Positions 50,339 through 58,645 of a DNA stretch of 64,000 nt are shown here, piece after piece. Positions within the stretch are counted from its first letter, which is position 1. Each line of letters starts with the position of its first letter. Made by a program: the position numbers and the translations under genes. Source of the stretch: an uncultured Coriobacteriaceae bacterium (GTDB taxonomy: Bacteria; Actinomycetota; Coriobacteriia; Coriobacteriales; Atopobiaceae); assembly GCA_902766835.1 (NCBI GenBank), contig CACXFC010000242.1, positions 7,132-71,131 of the forward strand, given 5' to 3'. Below the pieces are notes generated by a model that saw only the letters and a list, made by a program, of their open reading frames with translations, had not been told where the DNA came from and ran no database searches.

Positions 50339-51574
50339 CTAGGCCAGAGAGTCCTTCTCGTTTACTCCCATGTAGGAGAGCATGCCATCGACTGCCACCT
50401 TGGCTGCGGCGACGGCGTGCACCACGGTATTGGGTCCGGTAACCACATCGCCCGCGGCAAATACCCCCGGCACGGTGCACATGCCGTGTTCGTCCACAAT
50501 CAGCAGGCCGCGGTCGTCGCCCTTGAGGCCCTCGGTGGTGAGGATGAGCTTGTTCTTGGGCTTCTGCGAGACGGCCACTATAACCGTGTCGCAGGTTACC
50601 TGGTCGAGCTCCTCTTCGTAGCCCGTCACGCGATCGTTCTCGTCGAAGATGGCGGTCTTGAAGACGGGCCCCTTCTCGTTGATCTCGCAGATGGCCTTGC
50701 CCTGCACCAGCTCGGCACCGTCGAGCAGGGCATACTCAAGCTCGTCGGTGCTTGCGGAAATGTGCTTGCTGCGGGCGTAGAGCGTGACCTCATTGGCGCC
50801 CTGACGGATGGCGGTGCGCGCCACGTCCATGGCGGTGTTGCCAGCACCGATGACGGCCACGCGGTCGCCAATCTCTGCGGTCTCGGGGCTCATGAGGTAG
50901 TCGAGGCCAAACAACACGTTGCCTCCCGCCTCTCCCGAGACGCCCAGCGTCTGCGCGCGCCAGGTTCCCGTGCCGACGAAGATTGTATCGTAGCCATCGC
51001 GGAAGAGGTCAGGGATGGTGAGCGATGAGCCGATGGCCGTGTTGTGTCGAATCTTGACGCCGAGGACCTCCAAGATTTCCTGATAACGGTCGAGCACGCG
51101 CTTGGGCAGGCGGTACTCCGGGATGCCGTAGCGCATGACGCCGCCGAGGCGCGGGTTTTGGTCGAAGATCGTGACGGCCACACCCATCTGTGCGAGGCGC
51201 ATTGCCGCGACGATACCAGCGGGGCCACCGCCAATGACGGCCGCGCGCTTGCCGGTGGGCTCGGGCTTCTTGAAGCGGACGCGCTCGAGGTATGTGCTTG
51301 ACACGTAGTTCTCAATGGCGGAGAAGTGGATGGGCGTTCCCTTGCGGCCGCGCACGCAATGACCCTCGCACTGTGCGCCATGGTTGCAGATGAGCGAGCA
51401 GACGGCGCTCATGGGGTTGTTCTGGAAGAGCACTGCTCCCGCCTCGTCCATCCTGCGTTCGCGGAACAGCTGTATCACCAGGGGAATGGACGTGCTGACG
51501 GGGCATCCCTTCTGGCAGAGGGGCTTCTTACAGTTGAGGCAGCGCTCTGCCTCTTCGACGATATGCAGTGCCAT
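50339..51574 (-). CDS. GltD-like NAD(P)-dependent oxidoreductase (glutamate synthase small-subunit family)
   Basis: ATG at 51574 follows GAAGGAG. CLNCKKPLCQKGCP, CNHGAQCEGHC, two dinucleotide folds (AVIGGGPAG, VAVIGAGNTAMD). Confidence 0.8.
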   Translation of the reverse strand: MALHIVEEAERCLNCKKPLCQKGCPVSTSIPLVIQLFRERRMDEAGAVLFQNNPMSAVCSLICNHGAQCEGHCVRGRKGTPIHFSAIENYVSSTYLERVRFKKPEPTGKRAAVIGGGPAGIVAAMRLAQMGVAVTIFDQNPRLGGVMRYGIPEYRLPKRVLDRYQEILEVLGVKIRHNTAIGSSLTIPDLFRDGYDTIFVGTGTWRAQTLGVSGEAGGNVLFGLDYLMSPETAEIGDRVAVIGAGNTAMDVARTAIRQGANEVTLYARSKHISASTDELEYALLDGAELVQGKAICEINEKGPVFKTAIFDENDRVTGYEEELDQVTCDTVIVAVSQKPKNKLILTTEGLKGDDRGLLIVDEHGMCTVPGVFAAGDVVTGPNTVVHAVAAAKVAVDGMLSYMGVNEKDSLA

Positions 51575-51806
51575 GGTGCTCCTTCGATATGTGATGTGCC
51601 GTTGCTCTCTAAGATAGCCTGTGAAGCTTCTCTTTTTGGGCGTGGTCCACAAGTTTGGAACTGAGTTTTGGAGCAAGGGGCAAAGAGGGTCACTTTTCTG
51701 GACTTGTGTTGAGTGGCGACAGCTTGCGATTGGCTCCGGGTGAACCTATCGTTATGTCGAACGTGCGATGCAAGTAGCGTGCGCAAGGAGCAATGGGGGA
51801 GAGACG

Positions 51807-52250
51807 ATGCGTCATCACGTGAAGGTAACCGTGCTCGACAAGAAGTGTTTCTGTGACCTGCAAAAGACCTATCTGGCCGATCCTGAGAGCGGCCCCTGTG
51901 GGGTCTTTGAGGTGGGGGACACCTTCGAGTTCTGGCGTGATGGCGGGCGCGACGACTTCTGGCACTTTGGTGCCACGGCGGGGCCGGATGGGCGTGCCTT
52001 CCCCTGCGCGGAGGCGTGGGACTGCATCAGCCGCTACGTGTACACGGCGCTGCAGGGTGGCTCCATCATGCACAAATGGACGGCCGATGACCGTCAGATG
52101 GTGGCCTGCTGCAACGATGGCACGCGTCCGGTGGTCTTTCTCATCGAGCGCGAGGATCTGCCCGACACGCCCGAGGAGGAGGCGTGGCTTGCCGAGGCCG
52201 AGCGCACGGGCTACTTCCGCAACGGGAGCGAGGAAGCCTACACGGGATAG
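51807..52250 (+). CDS. TIGR04076-like small Cys-rich protein
   Basis: ATG at 51807 follows GGGGAGAG. VKVTVLDKKC.C, GPCGVFEVGDTFEF, FPCAEAWDCI, ACCNDGTRPVVFLIER. Called from memory of the family pattern. Confidence 0.6.
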   Translation: MRHHVKVTVLDKKCFCDLQKTYLADPESGPCGVFEVGDTFEFWRDGGRDDFWHFGATAGPDGRAFPCAEAWDCISRYVYTALQGGSIMHKWTADDRQMVACCNDGTRPVVFLIEREDLPDTPEEEAWLAEAERTGYFRNGSEEAYTG

Positions 52251-52348
52251 GGCGTGAGGAAGGCCTCAGCCCAGCTTGGGAGGCAGCACGTACTCTGGTG
52301 CAACATGCGCGCATACCCTACAATCCCTACATTACGAAGGGATGAGTC

Positions 52349-53005
52349 ATGAGCAAATCGCGCATTGTGCTGGAGTGGTTCCAGATTGCCTTTGGCCTTC
52401 TGGTGTTCTCGTTTGGCGTGCACTTGACCATATTTGCCAACATTGGCGTGGCACCGTGGGACTGCTTGGGCATGGGCATTGCTGCGCACACCCCGCTCAA
52501 CTATGGGCTGGCAATGACGGTAACGAGCGTCATCATCCTCTTCATCGACCTGGCCATGCGCGAGCGCATCGGGTTTGGCACCATCATCGACGCCTTGCTT
52601 ACCGGCAACTTCGTGCAGTTCTTCAACGACCTTAACCCCCTGGCACCCAATCAGAATATGCTTGTGGGCGTGGCGCTCATGCTCGTGGGCTTTGTGTTCA
52701 TGGCCGTGGGAATGTGGATTTACATGCGTGCGGCACAGGGCTGTGGCCCTCGTGACGCCTTGCTGGTGGGGTTGGGCAAGCGCTTCCCCAAGGTTCCCAT
52801 CGGTGTGGTGCAGATCGTGCTTTGGGTGGCAGTGACGGCAGTCGGTTGGCTGCTGGGAGGCCCCGTGGGTGTGGGCACGCTGCTCTCCGCCTTTGTTGCC
52901 GGCGCCGTGACGCAATTGGTGTATCAGGCGCTGCATTTCGAACCGCGCGACGTGGTGCATCGCGATGTGTTTGAGGTGAGCCGAGCGCTGGCCGAGCGTT
53001 CCTAG
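52349..53005 (+). CDS. YczE/YitT-like integral membrane protein
   Basis: 218 aa, 5-6 TM. GVHLTIFANIGVAPWDCL motif. Confidence 0.6.
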   Translation: MSKSRIVLEWFQIAFGLLVFSFGVHLTIFANIGVAPWDCLGMGIAAHTPLNYGLAMTVTSVIILFIDLAMRERIGFGTIIDALLTGNFVQFFNDLNPLAPNQNMLVGVALMLVGFVFMAVGMWIYMRAAQGCGPRDALLVGLGKRFPKVPIGVVQIVLWVAVTAVGWLLGGPVGVGTLLSAFVAGAVTQLVYQALHFEPRDVVHRDVFEVSRALAERS

Positions 53006-53101
53006 ACGCCGTATGTTCCGCTTCTTGTTGCAGGATAGCTAAATAGCTAATATATTATCTATAAATTGCTGTTTACTAGTATTATGGATAATATAATAGC
53101 T

Positions 53102-53389
53102 ATGATAACGCTTACTAAAAAGACCCCTGATGTCATTCAGGCAGAGTTGGCCGAGCGAGTTCGTGCGCGGCGCAGGGAACTTCGTTATTCACAGGCCGAA
53201 TTGGCTGAGAGGTCTGGGGTCTCGCTCGGCTCGCTCAAGCGGTTTGAGCGTACACATGAGATATCGCTTGCCTCGCTCGTCAAGCTCTCCATCGCGCTCG
53301 ATTGCCGTGAAGATTTCGAAACGCTTTTTGCCCGCAGGCGATATGGTTCAATCGAAGAGGTGATTGCCGATGTCGAACATACTGCCTAA
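53102..53389 (+). CDS. hipB: XRE-type HTH antitoxin (HipB-like)
   Basis: RRRELRYSQAELAERSGVSLGSLKRFE HTH. The 3' end overlaps the HipA start. Start uncertain (ATG at 53084 or 53102, no clear SD). Confidence 0.6.
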   Translation: MITLTKKTPDVIQAELAERVRARRRELRYSQAELAERSGVSLGSLKRFERTHEISLASLVKLSIALDCREDFETLFARRRYGSIEEVIADVEHTA

Positions 53390-54509
53390 ACAGCTTGCTG
53401 GATTAAAGCACCTCTCGGTCAACCTGAGTGGTGCGCGTGTGGGCACGCTAGCCCTCAGCAGGCAGGGCACAGTGTTGTTCGAGTATGCTCCCGAATGGCT
53501 CGCAAGGGGTTTCTCCATCAGCCCCTTTTCTCTTCCCCTTCGATCTGGGTTGTTCGAGGCATTACCGGATATGCCCGACGGACTGTTTGGCATCTTTCGC
53601 GACAGTCTCCCCGATGACTGGGGGAGACTTCTTCAGGATCGCGCGCTTGCCGAGGCGGGTGTTCGTCCCGGTTCTCTATCGAGCTTGGCCCGCTTGGCGC
53701 TGGTGGGTACGATGGGACTTGGCTCCCTTGAGTATGAGCCTTGCTGTGCGATTGGTGCTCGCGAAACACCGGAGAGCGACTGGGATTACGTCTCACGGGA
53801 GTGCCAGCGGCTCATGGAGGGTAATACTTCAGAAGCATTGGACATGCTCTATGCACGAGGCTCCTCTTCTGGCGGTGCTCGGCCCAAGGTAATGGTCGAC
53901 ATGGATGGCGAACCATGGATTGTCAAATTCCCCTCGAATTTCGATGGTCCAAATGCGGGAATACGGGAATACAAACTTGCACAAGCTGCACGGAAGTGTG
54001 GCATCACCATGTCGGAAGTCAAACTCATCCCCTCGAAAGCTTGCGGCGGCTACTTTGCAACCAAACGCTTTGACCGTTCTGTGGACGATTTCGGTGTGAC
54101 GCATAAGGTTCACATGGCGAGTGCCGCGGCGCTGCTCGAGGCCTCGCCCTTCGATGTGCTCGATTACCGCGATCTCATGCAGCTGACTCTCGAGTTGACC
54201 GGTAGCGTGTCAGACTGTGAGCAGCTCTATCGCGTCATGTGCTTTAACGTACTGGTAGGCAACTGCGACGATCATGCCCGCAACTTCTCCTATATATGCC
54301 ATGACGGTTTGTGGAGATTGGCGCCGGCGTACGACCTGACCCAGGATGAGGGGTTTCTGGGTGAGCATGCCACGCTTGTGAATGGCAAGGGTGCCGACAT
54401 TACCGAAGAAGACCTGCTTGCAGTAGGCAGGACGGGTGGCGTTGCCATGCACAAAGGCCGTGAGATACTGAGGCAGACCGCAGCGTGCGTGGCTGACGAT
54501 TTGGGTTAG
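53370..54509 (+). CDS. hipA: HipA-family Ser/Thr kinase toxin
   Basis: N-terminal coupling domain (VGTLALSRQGTVLFEYAPEWL), SSGGARPK, and the catalytic block GNCDDHARNFS. Confidence 0.85.
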   Translation: MSNILPKQLAGLKHLSVNLSGARVGTLALSRQGTVLFEYAPEWLARGFSISPFSLPLRSGLFEALPDMPDGLFGIFRDSLPDDWGRLLQDRALAEAGVRPGSLSSLARLALVGTMGLGSLEYEPCCAIGARETPESDWDYVSRECQRLMEGNTSEALDMLYARGSSSGGARPKVMVDMDGEPWIVKFPSNFDGPNAGIREYKLAQAARKCGITMSEVKLIPSKACGGYFATKRFDRSVDDFGVTHKVHMASAAALLEASPFDVLDYRDLMQLTLELTGSVSDCEQLYRVMCFNVLVGNCDDHARNFSYICHDGLWRLAPAYDLTQDEGFLGEHATLVNGKGADITEEDLLAVGRTGGVAMHKGREILRQTAACVADDLG

Positions 54510-54584
54510 TGAATGTATGCGGCCATGCGATGATTGTTCGACTGTAATATGCTGTGAGCATCGCAGCCTTCCAGAGGAGCCCCC

Positions 54585-55541
54585 ATGCCCATCGCATCCA
54601 TCGATGTTCACAGCCATGCCTTGCCACAAGCCTACCTTGACGCTCTTGCCGAGCTGGGCGTAGACCCGGTTGCGGAGGACGGCTTCCCCACGCCTGCATG
54701 GAGCGAGGAGGCCCACCTGCGCTTCATGGAGGAGACAGGGCAGGAGTTCTGCATCCTTTCCCTCTCCACGCCGCACATCCACCGGGGTGACGACGCTGCC
54801 GCCGCGCGTCATGCACGGGCCATCAACGACGAACTGGCTGCGGTATGCCGCCGCCATCCCGGCCGCTTGGGCTTTGCCACTACGCTGCCGGTTCCTGCTG
54901 TGGAGGCCTCCATCGAGGAGGCGCGGCGCGGCTTTGACGAGCTGGGTGCACGTGGCGTCAAGCTGCCCAGCAATGGCAACGGCATCTACCTGGGCGATCC
55001 TGTGCTCGAGCCGCTCATGGCCTTTCTCGACGAACGCGCTGCGGTGGTGACCATCCATCCCTCGCTGCCCTCCGCTGTGCCGCAGGGCATCTTCACGGCG
55101 GGCCCCGCGCCGCTCTTTGAGTACATCGCCGATACCACGCGTGCCGTGCTCAACCTCATGGCGCATGGCGTCATCGAGCGCTATCCGCATATCCGCTGGG
55201 TCGTGCCGCATGCGGGCTCGTTTATGCCCGCCATCGCGCACCGGCTTACTGGCATCTCGCGCGTGCTGGTGCCTGCGGGCATGATGGAGTCCATCGACGT
55301 GATGGGCAACCTGCGCAGCCTGTACTGGGACCTTGCCGGCGACGCGCGCCCCGTCATGCTCGAAGGCCTCATGCACATCGCCGACCCCACACATCTGCTC
55401 TATGGCAGCGACACGCCCTACACGCCTACGCCCATCACGGCGCGCAACAAGGAGGGCCTTGCGGAAGACCCGCTCATCGCACCCGTTGCCCGGGCGGTGT
55501 TCCACGACAATGCCGCGCGACTGTACGGATTGGATGCCTAG
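54585..55541 (+). CDS. amidohydrolase-2 family protein (ACMSD/decarboxylase-like)
   Basis: IDVHSHALP metal-binding start. VTIHPS, VPHAGSF, YGSDTPY. Confidence 0.75.
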   Translation: MPIASIDVHSHALPQAYLDALAELGVDPVAEDGFPTPAWSEEAHLRFMEETGQEFCILSLSTPHIHRGDDAAAARHARAINDELAAVCRRHPGRLGFATTLPVPAVEASIEEARRGFDELGARGVKLPSNGNGIYLGDPVLEPLMAFLDERAAVVTIHPSLPSAVPQGIFTAGPAPLFEYIADTTRAVLNLMAHGVIERYPHIRWVVPHAGSFMPAIAHRLTGISRVLVPAGMMESIDVMGNLRSLYWDLAGDARPVMLEGLMHIADPTHLLYGSDTPYTPTPITARNKEGLAEDPLIAPVARAVFHDNAARLYGLDA

Positions 55542-55651
55542 AGCCGGACAAAAAGTACACCCTTTACAACGCAATCCCGCACTCCCATTTCGAGAGTGCG
55601 GGATTGCGCTACAAAGGGTATGAATTGCGCGTTTGCTCGCAGCGCTTCGGC

Positions 55652-57082
55652 CTAGCCCAGCTCGGCTCCGTTGCTCTTGCAGACCTTCTGGTACCAGAAG
55701 AAGGAGTCCTTGCGGTAGCGCTTCATCTCCTTGAGGTCGAACTCGTCGCGGTCCACGTAGATGAGACCGTAGCGCTTGGTGATGCCCTGGTGCGTGGAGA
55801 TGAGGTCGAAGGCGCTCCAGGGGCTGTAGCCCATCAGATCCACGCCATCGGTGATGGCCTGCTGGCAGGCCTTGATGTGCTGGCGCAGGTAGTCGATGCG
55901 GTAGTCGTCGTGAATGCGTGGCTCGCCATCCTCCCACACAAGCTCATCGGGCACGCCGCAGCCGTTCTCGGTGATGAGCAGCGGCAGCTGGTAACGCTCC
56001 CACAGCTGACGCAGCGTGACGCGCAGACCAACCGGATCTATGCCCATGCCGTAGCTGGTCTGCTGCTGCAGCGGGTTGCTGACGTTGGCGGCAAGGCCGG
56101 GGAAGGTCATGAGGCCGGTCATGAAGGCGATCGCGCCACCCTTCGCCTTGGCTTCCTCTATGCGGCGCTCGCCCTCCTCAAAGGAGACGTACTCGGCGCA
56201 GCCGGCGCCGTAGTAGTTGAAGGCAATGAAGTCCGGCTTGGCGTCCTTGAGGGCGACCCAGTCCTCGTCCTCCACGTCGGGGGCGATGCCCTGGTCGCTC
56301 CACCAGTTCCAGAGGGCCTCGGGATACTCGCCAAAGACGGCGGTGTCCAGGAACAGGCGGTTGCGCAGCTGGTCCCAGTCCATGGCCGCGAGGTTGTCCT
56401 CGGGCTTCGAGCTCGCCGGGTAGATGGCCGTGATGTTGGGCGCCGGGGCAATCCAGGCATCGGGGCACATCTCGTGACAGAGAATCATGGCCTTGGCCTG
56501 TGCCACCAGCATGTGGTGGTTGGCCTGCCACTGACCCTTCGGGCCACCGTACTGGGCGCCTTGGAAGAGGGCCATCATGTTCTGCTCGTTGATGGTGAGC
56601 CAGTACTTGACCTTGTCGCCGTATGCCTCAAAGCAGACGCGGCAGTACTCGATGAAGTCGTCGATGCACTGGCGGCTCGCCCAGCCACCGTACTCGTCCT
56701 GCAGGCACTGCGGCAGGTCGAAGTGGTAGAGCGTCACCACGGGCTCGATGCCGTGATCATGGCACTCGTCGATGACCTCGTGGTAGTGCTGGATGCCAAG
56801 CGGGTTGGGCTCGCCCTTGCCGGCGGGCAGGATGCGCGGCCAGGCGATGGAGAAGCGGAACTCCGTGAAGCCCATCTCGGCCATGAGGGCGATGTCCTCG
56901 CGGAAGTGGTGGTAGTGGTCGACGCCGTCATTGAAGTTGGTCGTGCCCTCGGGGACCGGTGCGGTATCGCTCACGCAGAGCGTGCGGCCGTCATCAAGAT
57001 AGGCACCCTCGCACTGGTAGGCTGACGACGAAGCGCCCCAGAGGAACCCGTCGGGAAACGGCTTGAGTTGCTTGTAATCCAT
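55652..57082 (-). CDS. GH1 6-phospho-beta-glucosidase
   Basis: ATG at 57082 follows AAGGGAGAAAGGG. FPDGFLWGASSSAYQCEGA, LTINEQ, ENGCG. Confidence 0.9.
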   Translation of the reverse strand: MDYKQLKPFPDGFLWGASSSAYQCEGAYLDDGRTLCVSDTAPVPEGTTNFNDGVDHYHHFREDIALMAEMGFTEFRFSIAWPRILPAGKGEPNPLGIQHYHEVIDECHDHGIEPVVTLYHFDLPQCLQDEYGGWASRQCIDDFIEYCRVCFEAYGDKVKYWLTINEQNMMALFQGAQYGGPKGQWQANHHMLVAQAKAMILCHEMCPDAWIAPAPNITAIYPASSKPEDNLAAMDWDQLRNRLFLDTAVFGEYPEALWNWWSDQGIAPDVEDEDWVALKDAKPDFIAFNYYGAGCAEYVSFEEGERRIEEAKAKGGAIAFMTGLMTFPGLAANVSNPLQQQTSYGMGIDPVGLRVTLRQLWERYQLPLLITENGCGVPDELVWEDGEPRIHDDYRIDYLRQHIKACQQAITDGVDLMGYSPWSAFDLISTHQGITKRYGLIYVDRDEFDLKEMKRYRKDSFFWYQKVCKSNGAELG

Positions 57083-57257
57083 GGTGTCCCTTTCTCCCTT
57101 ATGACAAACCAGCACCCTGAGAGTAGCAAAGCCAAACGAAACGTGTGCGTCTGTTCCTTCAGTGGTTGAGCGAGACGCGTTTTGCCGCGGTGTTAGTCAC
57201 GCAGATGCAACACGCAGGCGCTAGGCTGTGAGGTAATCCCCGTAGATCGGAGCTGCC

Positions 57258-57779
57258 ATGTCCTTCATAGACCTTGCCACTGCCCGCTACTCTTGCCGCG
57301 CCTTTACGGACGAGCCGGTGACCCAGGCCGAGCTCGACCAGCTGCTTGAGGCCGTGCGCGTTGCCCCTACCGCCAAGAACACCCAACCGGTCAAGGTGTG
57401 GGTCTTCCGCAGCGAGGAAGCGCTTGAGAAGATTCGCGCCTGCACGCGTTGCCACTTCGGCGCACCGCTGCTGGTGCTCTTTGGTGCGGACTCTGCTGAC
57501 GAGGGGGTCTTCGTGCGTCCCTCCGACGGGCAGAACGCCGCCATTGGCGACGCCTGCATCGTGGCCACCCACTACATGCTGGAAGCCGAAGATCTGGGAC
57601 TCAACACCACATGGGTGGGGTTCTTCGACACCAAGCTCATCAACGAGGCCTTCCCGCAGACGGTGGGCTACGACCTGGTGGGCCTGTTCCCCACGGGTCA
57701 TGCGGCACCGGAAAAGGGTGGCCCAAGCCCTCGTCACACCGAGCGCAAGGCGCTCTCGGAGTACGTTGAGGAGCTCTAG
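57258..57779 (+). CDS. nitroreductase-family protein
   Basis: ARYSCRAFTDEPV, APTAKNTQP. 173 aa. Confidence 0.8.
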   Translation: MSFIDLATARYSCRAFTDEPVTQAELDQLLEAVRVAPTAKNTQPVKVWVFRSEEALEKIRACTRCHFGAPLLVLFGADSADEGVFVRPSDGQNAAIGDACIVATHYMLEAEDLGLNTTWVGFFDTKLINEAFPQTVGYDLVGLFPTGHAAPEKGGPSPRHTERKALSEYVEEL

Positions 57780-57784
57780 GAATT

Positions 57785-57850
57785 CATCGGAATCGGGGAC
57801 GGTCCTTGATTCCGATGGACCGGAAACGAGGACCGTCCCCGATTCCGATG
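57785..57850. repeat. 22-bp perfect inverted repeat (same family as 19677-19952)
   Basis: CATCGGAATCGGGGACGGTCCT (57785-57806) and its reverse complement (57829-57850), with a 22-nt spacer. Confidence 0.85.
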
Positions 57851-58007
57851 CTCTGGTGACCAGCGCGGAAGACCTCATCCAGAAGGACACACTCAAGCTC
57901 GCCGCCCTGAAGACCTGCGTCTGCAGCTCAACGACTGGATTCGCAGCAGCCTGCCACTGCGCAAGCAGCGCGTTGGGGCCAGCGCCTGTGGTGCTGGCCC
58001 CTGCATG

Positions 58008-58370
58008 CTAGAACTGGCCGTTGTCGTTGGCAGGCACCTGATTGGGGTCAAGGTGCTGCACGACATCCCAGTGCTCGGCTAGCTTGCCATCCTGCATGCG
58101 GTAGATGTCGCACACCTTGTTGACGCCCATGTCCACTGTGCACTTGAAGAAGACCATCACGAGGTCTCCCTCCTCCACGATATGGACGATCTCCATCTTG
58201 GGATGGGCGGCAAAGAACTTCTCGCAGAAGCGCACGAAGCCGTCGCGGCCATCTTCGACGGTGGGGTTGTGCTGCTTGTAGCTGGGCAGCAGGTATTCGT
58301 CAATCTTACTTACGTCCCATGCGTTAAAGACCTCCGCGTAGAACTTCTCAACGATCTGCTTGTTGGTCAT
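58008..58370 (-). CDS. SnoaL-like / NTF2-fold protein
   Basis: 120 aa. VEKFYAEVFNAWDVSKIDEYL..YKQHNP..DIYRMQDGKLAEHWDV pattern. Confidence 0.7.
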   Translation of the reverse strand: MTNKQIVEKFYAEVFNAWDVSKIDEYLLPSYKQHNPTVEDGRDGFVRFCEKFFAAHPKMEIVHIVEEGDLVMVFFKCTVDMGVNKVCDIYRMQDGKLAEHWDVVQHLDPNQVPANDNGQF

Positions 58371-58645
58371 GACTCGCCCCTTTTCGTTGTGGTCAAACGG
58401 TTTCTTGTGTGCTGGGTGCCGTCTCGCAAAGCTCTATACCATTTTTGATTAACCATGCGTGCGACTTCTCTGGTGGCTGGGAACGGTAGATTATTAATGA
58501 CAAATGGTTTGCGACTCGCCGTTTTTCCCGATATCCAGTCATGCTTTTTCGAAAATCGATACAAGCATCTTTTGAGTACTTACCGCCCCTCTGCGCTCCG
58601 TTGTATAAAACGGTTAACAGCAGATACAACAGTGCGGAGGGCAAC

